From: Eledone cirrhosa
Taxonomy: Eukaryota
NCBI GenBank assembly: GCA_964016885.1
Contig: OZ024747.1
Span: forward strand, 53,692,001 to 53,756,000
Direction: 5' to 3'
DNA length: 64,000 nt
The position numbers and the translations under genes are program-made. Below, piece after piece: positions 37,887-53,867 of the stretch; positions within the stretch are counted from its first letter, which is position 1; each line of letters opens with the position of its first letter. The notes below the pieces were generated by a model that saw nothing but the letters and a program-made list of their open reading frames with translations, searched no databases and had not been told where the DNA came from.

Positions 37887-38212
37887 ATGGCTTAGTGGTT
37901 AGAGCATTGGCCTTGCAATCGAAAGGTTGTGAGTTCAATTCTCAGACCGGGTGATGTGTTGTTTCCTTGAACAAGACACTTTATTCCACATTGCTCCAGT
38001 TTACTCAGCTGTAGAAATGAGATGAGAGGACTGGGGTCCATATCATTCCACTGCAAAGTGGTCGTGGAGGTGCCACGGCAAAAAAAAGCACCCAGCCCAC
38101 ACTGAGGTTGGTGTTAGGAAGGGCATCCAGCTGTAGAAATCAAGCCAGAATCAGTTCCCGTACCACCTTTGCAAGCAGGGAAAAGCGGACATAAAATGAT
38201 GATGATGATGAT
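37887..38212 (+). mobile_element. tRNA/CORE-headed SINE with RTE-type tail
   Basis: tggcttagtggttagagc...gagttcaattc...ccttgaacaagacactt...aggaagggcatccagctgtagaaa...(tga)n. Confidence 0.85.
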
Positions 38213-38550
38213 ATATATAGGTTCTGCTAGCTGAATTCATCGATGTTTGTCTGTATTTCATGTCAGGTTTATAAGGGGCTTGGATTGACTGTAGTATTGA
38301 TTGTATGTAATGGGTCAATAGTGGCTGCCGATTATTATACAGAAACTACATTATATGAGGATTGCAGCTTGATGTCCTCTGTCATCCCTATACCAGTAAT
38401 TATTGCACATTGGTGGTTGTTTTGTCAGAAGATTGAGACATGAAGGAGTGTAGCTTAACTCTTCTTTGAACAGCTTCAGTGTAGGGATTATGTTTGCTTG
38501 AATTTGTGGATGGCTTTAGATGAATTTACATTCAAGTTAATGCAGTCTTT

Positions 38551-38890
<340 letters not shown>

Positions 38891-39111
38891 ACGAAGGAAA
38901 TGTGGTAAGAAACCAGGTGGACCATAACGCACCAAAGTACTCAATACTTAGGGTAGTAGAGTGGGTAATAGGAACAAGTAAGACCCCGACGGCTGAGCTC
39001 AAGCCGTTTCGACGGCTAATTCTGTACTCTGTATTCTGTATTCTGTATTCTGTACAGAATTAGCCGTCGAAACGGCTTGAGCTCAGCCGTCGGGGTCTTA
39101 CTTGTTCCTAT
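38891..39111 (-). mobile_element. Fold-back insert with hammerhead 3' half (family B); another partial copy at 39329-39390
   Basis: Perfect ~60-bp inverted arms ~38968-39028/39050-39111 around a (tattctg)n spacer; GAAA-CGGCT-TGAGCTC-AGCCG-TC-GGGGTC. Confidence 0.68.
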
Positions 39112-39579
39112 ATATATATATATATATTATTGAAAATATTAATAAGTGAAAAATATTCTCATAATCAAAATATATATTTCATTATACATATTTCAAAGGT
39201 ACAATGGTGTTTAAGTACGTTTTCATCAGATAAAATATAAGATTTGATATGCGACATACCGCTACAGTTTTGGTTATTCAATTCTAATAGTGGCATATTA
39301 ATCTTTGGTTATATATATATATATATATATAGGAACAAGTAAGACCCCGACGGCTGAGCTCAAGCCGTTTCGACGGCTAATTCTGGACTCTATATATATA
39401 TATATAGATATATATCATTATATATATCTTTATATATATCCGTCTTTTTTCATGCTAGCATGGGTCAGACAGGACATGTTTTATAACTGGATGACCTTTC
39501 TTACACCAATCCTTTTAGTCGCTTATTACAATATGCAAGAATACAGTATACCTATTCTAAACTACATAAATACTGCTGT

Positions 39580-39947
39580 AACCACTACAACTGCAGCTAC
39601 CACACCACTTATATCACCACCACCACCTCTACTACTACAAACATGACAACAACAACTACTGCAGCTACTAATACTACAACCCTCAATGCCACCACTACTA
39701 TTACTAACACAACAACTACTACCACAACCACCACTACTACTACAACCACCATCATCACTACTACTAACATGACACCACTACCAATACCACTAACACCACC
39801 ACTACTACAACTACTACCAACACCACCACAACTACTACTATACAACCACCATCACCACCACTATTACTACTAATATGACAACTATAACCCTCAATGTCAC
39901 CACTACTAACACAACAACTACTCATACTACTACTGCTGCTGCTGCTG

Positions 39948-40015
<68 letters not shown>

Positions 40016-40184
40016 ACTACTACTACTAATACTACTACTACTACTACTGTTGCTACGACCACCACCACCACCACCACCACCACCACTACTACTACTACTA
40101 CTGTTGATGCTGCTGCTGCTACTACTACTGTTGCTACCACCACCACCACCACCACCACTACTACTACTACTACCACTACTACCA

Positions 40185-40222
<38 letters not shown>

Positions 40223-40372
40223 ACTACTGCTGCTGCTGCTACTACTACTACTACTACTACCATGACTACTGTTGCTACCACCACCACCACCACTACTACT
40301 ACTACTACTGCTGCTGCTGCTTCTACTACTACCACTACTACTACTGTTGCTACCACCACCACCACCACCACC

Positions 40373-40413
<41 letters not shown>

Positions 40414-40414
40414 C

Positions 40415-40447
<33 letters not shown>

Positions 40448-40555
40448 ACTACTACTACTACTACTACTGTTGCTACCACCATCACCACTACTACTACTAC
40501 TACTACTACCACTACTGCTATTGCTGCTACTACTACTACTACTACTACTACTACT
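39580..40555. repeat. Compound (CTA)/(CCA)/(CTG) trinucleotide repeat
   Basis: Direct reading. Confidence 0.93.
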
Positions 40556-40973
40556 CTCTTTTTTCTACAAATGGTGTTTTACCAACACTTGTTATTCTAG
40601 AAGTTGCTTTATAACACAGTAACTTATATATTTTATAATGTCACCTTATGTTCAGGTCTGTGCAATACATATCTATACTTTTCATTGTCTGCACAAATCA
40701 CACATCACACATAACACACATCCCACATTACACATTATATGTATTAGATGTATTTTATCATCTCACCTCTTTCTTTACTAAGCCTATCATTTTGCCAACC
40801 TATTTTATGTTAGGTATCTACTAGAGATAGTAAAGAAAATAACAAAAAAAAAAATACAATGTAAGAGAATGGTTACAAGGTTTGTGTAATGGTGGAAATG
40901 ATGTCCATAACTGACAACAACCAGCTCGACTGATGCAGCAGCAACCAACCATGATATTGTGTGTTGACTGGCC

Positions 40974-41208
40974 ATATATATATATATATATATATATGTA
41001 TATGTAAATATATGTATGTATATATATATATGTATGTGTATATATATATGTATGTATATATATATATGTATGTATGTATATATGTATGTGTATGTAAATA
41101 TATATATATGAATGTATATATGTATGTATGTTTGTATATATATATGTATATATGTATGTATGTATATATGTATGTGTATGTATGTAAATATATATATATG
41201 TATGTATG

Positions 41209-41239
<31 letters not shown>

Positions 41240-41876
41240 GTATATATATATGTATGTATGTATATATATATATGTATGTATGTTTGTATATATATGTATG
41301 TATGTATATATATATATGTATGTATGTATATATATATATATATGTATGTTTGTATGTATGTATGTTTGTATATATATATGTATGTATGTATATATATGTA
41401 TGTATGTTTGTATATATATATATATGTATGTATGTTTGTATATATATATATGTATGTATGTATATATATGTATGTATGTATATATATATGTATGTATGTA
41501 TATATATATGTATGTATGTATATATGTATGTGTATGTAGGTAAATATGTATGTGTATGTAGGTAAATATGTATGTGTATGTAGGTAAACATATATATGTA
41601 TGTATGTATATATATATATATGTATGTATATATATATACATACATGAACATATGCATATACATACACATTCACATGAAGGTAACATCAAATCTGTTTCTA
41701 GAAAAAAATGTTTGTTATATATATATAATATATATATATAATATATATAAATATATATATATATATATGAACATATATATATATAGAGATATATATATGA
41801 ACATATAGACATAATTATATGTTCTCATACACAAATGGAGGTATGTATTATGTAACTGCTTTAACATACTCGACAA

Positions 41877-41908
<32 letters not shown>

Positions 41909-42290
41909 CACACATATATACTTATACATATTTATACATATATATATACACACACACACATACTTATACATATATATTTATACATATATATATACACACA
42001 CATATACTTATACATATATATATATATATACACACACACACATACTTATACATATATATTTATACATATATATATATATATACACACACACATATACTTA
42101 TACATATATATTTATACATATATAATTTTACATATATATACACACACACATATACTTATACATATATATTTATACATATATAATTTTACATATATATACA
42201 CACACACATATACTTATACATATATATTTATACATATATATTTATACATATATATATATATATACACACACACCTATACTTATATGTATA
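40974..42290. repeat. (TA)/(TATG)/(CA) compound microsatellite
   Basis: Direct reading. Confidence 0.92.
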
Positions 42291-42715
42291 TAAAGAATAT
42301 TTTCCCAAATTTCCCATCAAGTTTATCCAATAAACAAAAATATTCTTGGTTCTTGTATTTTTGCCTGTATATCAATGCTCAATGCTGGAATTGTCTAAAT
42401 TGATGCAGGTACTGGGTGGTCTTTAAATCCTTTTGTCTCCTCATCTACAAATGGTGCCGCACTGCAATTCTCAGTAATTTTCATGTAATTTCTTATAGAA
42501 TATACAATCCGAAATTACCTAGAATCACCAAACACATCCTTATTTGTCCTGTCAACACAACCGTTATCCGTTATCAGGATTCCAAAGCTATGTTTTCGCA
42601 CCATTCCCAGTGTTGATTTGCCATTATTATAAGAATGGAGTTTGTTGTCTGAGTGACATTAGTGGCATGTTTTTCATACTTCAAGCTTTCCTTCATCAAA
42701 TCACAGAGAATTCCC

Positions 42716-44565
42716 CATAACCACATACATATACACATAGAGACATCAACACACGCACATACACATAATCACATACACCTACACATAGAGACATAAACTC
42801 ATGCACATACACATAATCACATACACCTACACATAGAGACATAAACACATACACTTACATAGAGACATCAACACATACATATACACATAGAGACAACAAC
42901 ACACGCACATACACATAATCACATACACCTACACATAGAGACATAAACTCACGCACATACACATAGAGACATCAAAACATGCACATACACATAATCACAT
43001 ACACCTACTCATAGAGACATCAACACATGCACATACACATAACCACAGACACCTACACACAGACATAACCACATACATATACACATAAAGACATAAACTC
43101 ACGCACATACACATAGAGACATCAAAACATGCACATACACATAATCACATACACCTACACACAGACATAACCACATACACATACACATAGAGACATAAAC
43201 ACATACACTTACATAGAGACATCAACACATACATATACACATAGAGACATCAACACACGCACATACACATAATCACATACACCTACACATAGAGACATCA
43301 ACACATGCACATACACATAATCACATACACCTACACATAGAGACATAAACACATGCACATACTCATAATCACATACACCTACACATAGAGACATCAACAC
43401 ATGCACATACACATAACCACATACACCTACACATAGAGACATAAACACACGCACATACACATAACCACATACACCTACACATAGAGACATAAACACACGC
43501 ACATACACATAACCACATACACCTACACATAGAGACATAAACACACGCACATACACATAACCACATACACCTACACATAGAGACATAAACACACGCACAT
43601 ACACATAACCACATACACCTACACATAGAAACATAAACACATGCACATACACATAACTACATACACCTACACATAGAGACATAAACTCACGCACATACAC
43701 ATAATCACATACATATACACATAGAGACATCAACAAACGCACATACACATAATCACATACATATACACATAGAGACATCAATACACGCACATACACATAG
43801 AGACATCAAAACACGCACATACACATAATCACATACACCTACACACAGACATAACCACATACATATACACATAATCACATACACCTACACATAGACATAA
43901 CCACATACCCCTACACATAGAGACATAAACACATGCACATACACATAACCACATACATCTACACACATACATATACACATAGAGACATCAACACATGCAC
44001 ATACACACAATCACATACACCTACACATAGAGACATCAACACATGCACATACACATAATCACATACACATAATCACATTCACCTACACATAGAGGCATAA
44101 CCACACACACATACACATAATCACATACACCTACACACAGACATAACCACATACATATACACACAGAGACATCAACACATGCACATACACATAATCACAT
44201 ACACTAACATAGAGACATAAACACATACACTTACACATAGTGACATAACCACATACGTATACACATAGAGACATCAACACCCGCACATAAACATAACCAC
44301 ATACACCTACACACAGACATAACCACATACCCCTACACATAGAGACATCAACACACGCACATACACATAATCACATAGACATAATTACATACACCTATAC
44401 ATACACATAATCACATACACCTACTCATAGACATAACATACAGACATAAACACACACATACACATAATCACATATACCTACACATAGACATAACCAAATA
44501 CACCTACATAGAGACATAACCACATACATCTATACATACACATAAGCACATACACACATACACAC
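42716..44565. repeat. CA-rich ~46-bp minisatellite
   Basis: Unit acatagagacataaacacacgcacatacacataaccacatacacct. Confidence 0.92.
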
Positions 44566-45146
44566 GTAACTGTACACACCTACACGTTGACATATACACA
44601 TCTAACTACTCATCGACATTCACAAATATATATATATAACTTTATAGACACATACACACACATAGACTTAGACACATGCTTCTATACATAGACATATACA
44701 CATGCATCTACACATTGACATACACACACATATATATATATATATAAAGTCATACACACATGCATTCAACCATAGACATATACAAATATATATATATATA
44801 AACTGATATACATACACATATGCTCATACGCATTAACATATACAGAAATATATATAAAATCTCATGCACACACATACACACACATGCACATACACATTGG
44901 CATACATACATATAAAAAGTTATACACACACATGAACATTCCTGCTCATTTAGGCAAACATAAAATATATGTATACATATGTATGCATATAGATATACAC
45001 ATACATGTATACACATACATGCATGTGAACACTATATGCATCCAGTTACCCACACAAACATACACATGTAGATAGGCAAACACATATTACTATACATATA
45101 TACATTAATAGGAACACTCATATACATAATATTACAAACGTTTGTC

Positions 45147-45233
<87 letters not shown>

Positions 45234-45605
45234 ATATACATATATACACACTAAATTGTCATTGTGTACACTTATTACACATTTTTATCAACTCATATAT
45301 ATATATGTGTGTGTGTAGTTATATACAAATATGTACACATACATACCTACTTAAATGTATATGTATATTTACATATCTGCACACACATACACACACACAC
45401 AATCAACTTAATTGTATTTGTTTTGCCTTCTGTCTGTTTAATAATATTTTTACTTTCTTTTAGCCAAATTTCATAGGTGTCATTTGCTTATCTAAAGAAA
45501 ATTGCTGCATATAAATGCCCATGTATGTATATGTGTATATATATATATACACACACACACACTTATATATATATACATACATATTTATATATATATATAT
45601 ATATA

Positions 45606-46012
45606 TCATCATCATCATCATCACCGTTTTACGTCCGTTCTTCCACGCTAGCATATATATACACACATCATTTCATCATTTTCATTTCATTTTACGTCCG
45701 CTTTTTCCCTGCTTGCAAGGGTGTGGCGGGAACTGATTCTGGCTTGATTTCTACAGCTGGATGCCATTCCTAACACCAACCTCATTTACAGTGAGTGCTG
45801 GGTGCTTTTTTGCCGTGGCACCTACACGACCACTTTGCAGTGGAATGATAGGGACCCCAGTCCCTATCATCTCATTTCTACAGCTGAGTAAACTGGAGCA
45901 ATGTGAAATAAAGTGTCTTGCTCAAGGAAACAACACATCACCCGGTCTAAGAATTGAACTCACAACCTTTTGATTGCAAGGCCAATGCTCTAACCACTAA
46001 GCCATATGCCTC
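45606..46012 (-). mobile_element. tRNA/CORE-headed RTE-tailed SINE plus an extra short tail fragment
   Basis: Reverse complement of the elements at 37887 and 48896. Confidence 0.85.
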
Positions 46013-46363
46013 CAGCAATATAATGCAGTATCTGTGAAATGTGGTAGTATTGGTACCACAAAAGAAAATATACTCAGTCTTCAGCCTACACTGTAAAACC
46101 CTATTTCTGGTCCCTGAAAAAAAGCACCCAGTCCACCCTGTCCAGTTAATATGGTTGAATTACGTTAACAAAAACAAAAACAAACAGGAAAGATGGAATG
46201 TATAAGCAAGACACAGTCATCTGACCTGCCTGTCCTGTTTCTGCTTGACAATGATGATGATTGGGATGTGTGTGTATGTATATATACATACATATATACA
46301 TATATATATATGTGTGTGTGTGTGTGTGCGCATGTGTGTGTGTATGTATGACATATACCTATA

Positions 46364-46449
46364 TACAGAGTGTCCCCCCAAAAATGTATACACATATTTA
46401 TTAGAATGTTGTTGTTGAAGTGTGTATACATTTTTGGTGACACCCTCTA
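46364..46449. mobile_element. 86-bp Tc1/mariner-type MITE
   Basis: TA-cagagtgtccccccaaaaatgtatacaca...tgtgtatacatttttggtgacaccctc-TA. Confidence 0.72.
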
Positions 46450-46862
46450 TATGTGGTCAATACAAGTATCATGTAAAATATATGATTTGATACAGTGAGT
46501 ATATAGATTGAGTCATCATTGCTAATAGCTTTAGATTCATTTATGACGACAGATTGTTTTCCTTCGCCATGGATGCATACAAGGATGTTGAACTATGCAA
46601 AAATTATCAAAATTTATATTTTAGGCTGTTTGCATAAACAATCCCACATTGAGGGGATGTATTTATAGGGATGATGGTGTGTTAATCTTGGCCAATATGA
46701 CCATGAATGAAATAAGGTCTGAAAAGATCTCATAAAATTATTTAATGAAATATCTTTAGAAATTACAGCTATATATATTTTTTACTACATCATTTTAAAA
46801 TTTGATATAAATATATTCTAATCTTCAAAAGTCTAATGAATAATTTTTTTATATTAATAAGA

Positions 46863-47088
46863 ATCATCATCATCATCATCATCATCACCGTTTTACGTCC
46901 GTTCTTCCATGCTAGCATGGGTTAGACGGGTTGTCCTGTTGTGGGCAGTGTCTGGTCGGCTGACCATGCCTTGCTCATACAGGAACTGATCTGGCTTGAT
47001 TTCTACAGCTGGATGCCCTTCCTAACACCAACCTCATTTACAGTGAGTGCTGGGTGCTTTTTCGTGGCGCCTACACGTCCACTTTACA
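46863..47088 (-). mobile_element. RTE-tailed SINE, 5'-truncated
   Basis: Nearly identical to 4663-4878. Confidence 0.87.
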
Positions 47089-47582
47089 TTTCACATATTT
47101 TTTCGAACATACCATTTCCATTTTCTTCTAATGAAGCCAATTTCATTAGTGCCTCTCATTGTATTGAGGTATTACTCAATAGTGGCTTTTCAATAAATAT
47201 TCATTAAATTTCCTATTTGAATGTTCCAAAACATTCAAGAAGAAATCATTCGAGAAGACTTAGAAATATTTTTTGGTATAATCCATCCTTTATTTTCTAT
47301 GTAAGAATAAATAATGCCAAAAGAGTTTTTATTTGAATGTTACATTTTCACACTAATTCTTCTTTTCTTCCCTTCCTCCTTTCCTTTCTGTACATCTTCT
47401 TTCTCGCCAACAATTTCACCCACTTCCTTGAAAAAGTAGGTACTTCTACTTCAATCTGATCCAATCAAAACTTGTCTTGATATGTATATATTTAGAATAG
47501 CGTCTGGTTGATAATAAAATATAATACTCTAATTTTAATATTAAACATTTCCTCTTTTGCTGTGGTTGTCACTCAAAAGTTG

Positions 47583-47641
<59 letters not shown>

Positions 47642-47865
47642 GAAGAAAGTTGGTTGATTGAAAATCTGCCAACTTTTTTTAACAGATGTAAAGCACTCCA
47701 TGATTTTTGTTCATCTGGAGTTTTATTATAATAATAAACAAGAAAATGGTTCCCTTCAAAGTGAACACATAGTTGTTATACAAATGCCTTACATCTTTGA
47801 AATATGCATCACAAAATAAATAGGGATGTAAAAATAAGACCGTCTTTCTTGTTTATTATTATTAT

Positions 47866-48082
47866 GTGGATTGGCAGTATTGGTAGAGGGTCGGGCGCAT
47901 AGAGTTACGGCCCTTGCCATTCTGAGTTCAAATCCCACCGAGGTTAACTTTGCCATTCCTCCTATAGGGTCAATAAAATAAAGTACCAGTAATGCCAAAA
48001 AGTAGAAACAATCATTATATATATATATATAATTGTTTCTATTTTAGGCACAAGGCCAGCAATTACCCAGTGCATTACTGGT

Positions 48083-48088
<6 letters not shown>
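47866..48088. mobile_element. tRNA-SINE (+) followed by an inverted tail fragment of the same family (-)
   Basis: 47866-48012 plus copy; 48031-48088 reverse-oriented tail. Confidence 0.8.
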
Positions 48089-48114
<26 letters not shown>

Positions 48115-48118
<4 letters not shown>

Positions 48119-48334
48119 AACGAGTAGGACCCCGACGGCTAAGCTCAAGCCGTTTCGACGGCTAATTCTGGCCTGTCTTAGCCAGAATTCTGGACTGTCT
48201 TAGTCCAGAATTAGCCGTCGAAATGGCTTGAGCTCAGCCGTCAGGGTCCTACTCGTTCCTATTACCCACTCTACTAAGTATTGAGTACTTTGGTGCGTTA
48301 TGGTCCACCTGGTTCCTTACCACATTTCCTTTGT
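48115..48334 (+). mobile_element. Fold-back insert with hammerhead 3' half (family B); related fragment at 48712-48830
   Basis: Arms ~48115-48171/48205-48262; 3' part ttgagtactttggtgcgttatggtccacctggttccttaccacatttcc; flanked by (TA)n. Confidence 0.68.
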
Positions 48335-48642
48335 TATATATATATATATATGTATATGTATATATATATATAAATATATATATAACAGTATATATACTAC
48401 TCAAATATAAACATAAATAACCCCCCCCCCCACACACACACACATTGTATACATTTATTATATGATGTTTGTCTCAGATTTTGTGGATTTCAATCTTAAT
48501 TAAAGTTATAGGAAGAAAATATCAGTTAGTAGTTCGGGACAGAATTTTCTGGAAATATACCCAGTTACATCTCTATATTTCTGTTTATCAAATCTTTTCA
48601 TATCTATCTATTTATATATCCACACTATATGTCACTCTCTCC

Positions 48643-48686
<44 letters not shown>

Positions 48687-48831
48687 TACACATATATATA
48701 TATATATATGTATCAGAATGGAGGTGGCAAAAACCAGTTAGACCATTACTCACCAGAGTACTCGATATGTGGGTAATTGGATCTAGCTGTTGAAATCGCA
48801 GAAGCTCAGCTGTCGGGGTCCCAAGTTTTTC

Positions 48832-48862
<31 letters not shown>

Positions 48863-48895
48863 TACATACATAAATATATATATACATATATATGT

Positions 48896-49328
48896 GAAGG
48901 CACATGGCTTAGTGGTTAGAGCATTGGGCTTGCAATAGAAAGGTTGTGAGTTCAATTCTCGGACTGGTTGATGTGTTGTTTCCTTGAGCAAGACACTTTA
49001 TTTCCCCATTGCTCCAGTTTACTCAGCTGTAGAAATGAGATGATAGGGACTGGGGTCCCTATCATTCCACTGTAAAGTGGTCGTGGAGGTGCCACAGTAA
49101 AAAAGCACAGCCCACACTGCAAAGTGGTCGTGTAGGTGCCACGGAAAAAAAGCACCCAGCACTCACTGTAAATGAGGTTGGTGTTAGGAAGGGCATCCAG
49201 CTGTAGAAATAAAGCCAGAATCAGTTCCCGTATATGCAAGTCAAGGTCAGTCGACCTGACACTGCTCACAACATGACAACCCGTCTAACCCATGGTAGCA
49301 TGGAAGAACGGATGTAAAATGATGATGA

Positions 49329-49332
<4 letters not shown>
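48896..49332 (+). mobile_element. Full-length tRNA/CORE-headed SINE with RTE-derived 3' tail
   Basis: A-box tggcttagtggt, B-box gagttcaattc, ccttgagcaagacactt core, internal ~46-bp subrepeats, tail shared with the LINE UTR, (tga)n end. Confidence 0.9.
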
Positions 49333-49383
<51 letters not shown>

Positions 49384-49719
49384 TATAGATATCTGTCTGT
49401 TAGTCTCTCTATCTACTTGACATACTATTTATGTATCAACCATCTATCTATTTATCTGACTGTCATCTATCTATTTATCATTTAGCCAATCCATCTATCT
49501 AAACCCAAACACAGATACACACAGTAATACACACACATAAATACACATTAGTATATATATCTACACAATCTGATGCCACAACCTATGAATACAGAAGCTC
49601 ACCATTTTCTCTGACCGTAGATTCATTTCAGCACATTACAAATAAACATAGTGTCTGCCATACATAAAACAAAATACATTTACAATTTCACAAAGAAATC
49701 TTCTGCCATGTACAAATAA

Positions 49720-50180
49720 CTGTTTCTACTTTAGGCACAAGGCCAGCAATTACCCAGTGCATTATTGGTACTTTATTTTATCGACCCCGTAAGGATGAAA
49801 GGCAAAGTCAACCTCGGCGGGATTTGAACTCAGATCGTAAAGGGACGTAACTATGCTGGAAAGCATGGCGTCCGACTCTCTACCGATACTGCCAATCCAC
49901 AGAATAATGTGAATGCTAAAGGGTTAAAGTTTATTTTTTTTAGTTTTTACTATAAATATCTTTTACGCCAAGAGCCCACACTGTATCACCCTATGCCATC
50001 TTTATTCTCTGCTTAATGTCAGCTCTGTGTGGCTAATATAGAAACCATTGGCCCTTTACCTTCCAATTTTAAATCCTGCTTTGCCTTTCATCCTTACGGG
50101 ATTTGAACTCAGATCGTAAAGGGACGTAACTATGCTGGAAAGCATGGTGTCTGACCCTTTACCGATACTGCCAATCCACC
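49720..50180 (-). mobile_element. tRNA-SINE plus rearranged partial copy, bounded by a gtacaaataac direct repeat
   Basis: Full copy 49720-49900; piggyBac-like end tgaatgctaaagggTTAA at ~49910-49927; partial copy 50078-50180. Confidence 0.75.
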
Positions 50181-50319
50181 GTACAAATAACGAACAATCT
50201 AAGCAATACACATAACACAACTCTTTCACTCAGACTCATTGCATAGGAACTAAAACTTCATATTGTAATTGTCTTTTGTTTAGGATCTCTTCTTGTCTTT
50301 CTTCTTTACCATCTTCACC

Positions 50320-51015
50320 ATCATGAGCATTATGATAGTCATCATCATCATCATCATCATCATCTTTAACACCATCATAATCACCATTGTCATCATCATC
50401 ACCACCACTACCACCACTGCCACCACCATCATGTCCACCAACCATTATCACCATCACCACCACCACCACCACCATCACCACCACCATCATCATGTCCACC
50501 AACACTAACCATTATCATCATCAGCACCACCACCACCACCATCATGTCCACCAACGATTATCACCATCACCACCACCACCACCACCACCATCATCATGTC
50601 CACCAACACCACCACCATTATCATCATCAGCACCACCACCACCACCATCACCACCACCATCATGTCCACCAACCATTATCACCATCACCACCACCACCAC
50701 CACCACCACCACCATCATCATGTCCACCAACACCACCACCATTATCATCATCAGCACCACCACCATCACCACCACCATCATGTCCACCAACGATTATCAC
50801 CACCACCACCACCACCACCACCATCATCATGTCCACCAACACCAACCATTATCATCATCAGCACCACCACCGCCACCACCACCACCATCATGTCCACCAA
50901 CACCATTATCATCATCACCATCACCACCACCACCACCACCACCATCATGTCCACCAACACCATTATCATCATCACCATCACCACCACCACCACCACCACC
51001 ACCACCATCATCATT
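50320..51015. repeat. (CAC/CAT)n minisatellite with a catgtccaccaac anchor
   Basis: Direct reading. Confidence 0.92.
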
Positions 51016-51097
51016 TTCAGGCTGAACTTTCTTTTTATATTTCTATATATTTATCTATAACTGACATAGCCTAACTAAGTAAGCTCCCTTACTCATA

Positions 51098-51208
<111 letters not shown>

Positions 51209-51497
51209 ACACACATAAACACACACAAAACGATATGCTAAAAGAAAAAAAGAAAAAAAAAACATAGAAAGTTGTGTGACAGCAATCCTAGTTAATTCGT
51301 ATCAACGAGATGTTGTAACATACAAACAAATGAAGAAATGAACAGAGACAAACAAACAACACAACTTGATCAACCCCACCATGCCCACCCACACACACAG
51401 CGTATGTCCGCCCCACCCCCTACCCCCGCCAGTCTCACACTGCCTTCTCTAACAGCTAATGATCATGATGTCAGATACAGTACACACAAACTTGCGC

Positions 51498-51557
<60 letters not shown>

Positions 51558-51563
51558 ACTTGC

Positions 51564-51611
<48 letters not shown>

Positions 51612-51691
51612 TATAAAATATATATACATATATATATATCATCATTGTCATCGTTTTTTATGTCAGTTTTCCATGCATATGTATGTATATG

Positions 51692-51731
<40 letters not shown>

Positions 51732-51790
51732 TATATATATAGAGTCATATACACACATATATATATATATATATATATACATATACACAC

Positions 51791-51828
<38 letters not shown>

Positions 51829-52995
51829 GTGTCCAACCCTTGCAAGTAGGGAAAAGGGGTCCGTAAAATGATGATGATGATGATGAAGATGAAGATGATG
51901 ATGATGATGATGATGATGTGTGTGTGTGTGTATATATATAATATATATATATATACACATATATAGAGAGAGATATGTGTGTTGTGGTGAATGTCAAGCC
52001 ACTTTTGTTACTCATGACTGCTATATATTGTGTCTTGTGTCAAAATCTGTGTACTGTTGTCAGATGTGTGAATATGAGACATAGGACATATAGACACACA
52101 CACGCACACACAGCCACACACACACACGCACACGCACACACAGGCACACACACACACCTATACACACAGGCACTCAGACGTACTCACACGCACACCTATA
52201 CACACAGGCACTCTGGCGTACTCACACACACATGCACACACACACACACACTCACTCACACAAAAACACAGGCACACACACACATACACACACACACACT
52301 CACACACGCACATGCACACACACACACACACATACACACACAGGCACTCACCCGCACTAACACACACACACACACCCATGCACACACACACACATACACA
52401 CAGAGGCACACACAGACACACACACACGCATACACACACACATGCACACACACACGCACATACACACACACAGGCACACACACACACATATATACACAAA
52501 CACACATGCACACACATTCACCACACATTCACCACACACACACACATACACACACAGCCCCCCCCCCACACACACATATGCATATGCTTATATAAAGGAA
52601 CTCCTATACACATACATATAGTGTTGTTTGCACATTTAGACACATTCACTGACTAACACTCCTATGTCCAAAAATACAACCTAACAGACCATGTATCACA
52701 CACACATATACATATTTCATATATACACACACACACACTCATGCACACATATATATTTGGTATGGACACCCACGCACACACACACACATATACATATTTG
52801 ATACACACACACACTCATGCACACATATATATTTGGTATGGACACCCACGCACACACGCACATATATACATATTTTGTATAGACACACACATATATATAC
52901 ATAATTTGTATAGACACACAGACACATATACATATTTTGTATGTCTGCACAAACATATATATATATATATAGATAGATAGATATTTTGTATGTAT

Positions 52996-53050
<55 letters not shown>

Positions 53051-53236
53051 TATTTTATATGGACACAAACATACATAAGCACGCACATATACATATTTTG
53101 TATGTGCACACATACACTTATGCATATAATATATGGACACATACACACATACATATTTTGTATGGAAACACACATATATATATATATATATTTTGTATGC
53201 ACATACACACATACATATATAGATTTAAAATGAATG

Positions 53237-53289
<53 letters not shown>

Positions 53290-53312
53290 TATTATATATA
53301 TACTTATATACT

Positions 53313-53350
<38 letters not shown>

Positions 53351-53730
53351 CAGTATATATGTGTGTATGATTATGTAATTGCATAGATGGCTATGTGCAA
53401 ACATATAATGTTAGTTAATGCATAAAGTTGACAAAAGAGAAGTGGAAGGAGGAGGGGAGAGGGGAAGTAGAGGGAGGTGGGAGGTGGTAGAAAGAAATAA
53501 TAAATAAAATCACATTAAGAACAACAAAACAACAAAAAAAGAAAAAAACTAAGAAGCAAATGGAAGAAAATGAAGAAGAGAAAATGCAGTTTATCATTAT
53601 CAAAGAAATGCAATAATGAAGTCAAATGTGTACATATAGACATAAATCAGCAGTCACATTTATGTACACATATATATATACATGCATATATATGTGTGTT
53701 TTTATATATGTATGTATATGTGTATATATA

Positions 53731-53771
<41 letters not shown>

Positions 53772-53818
53772 TTCACTTAATATCACATAACTATCCATAT
53801 ATATATGTATATGTGTGT

Positions 53819-53867
<49 letters not shown>

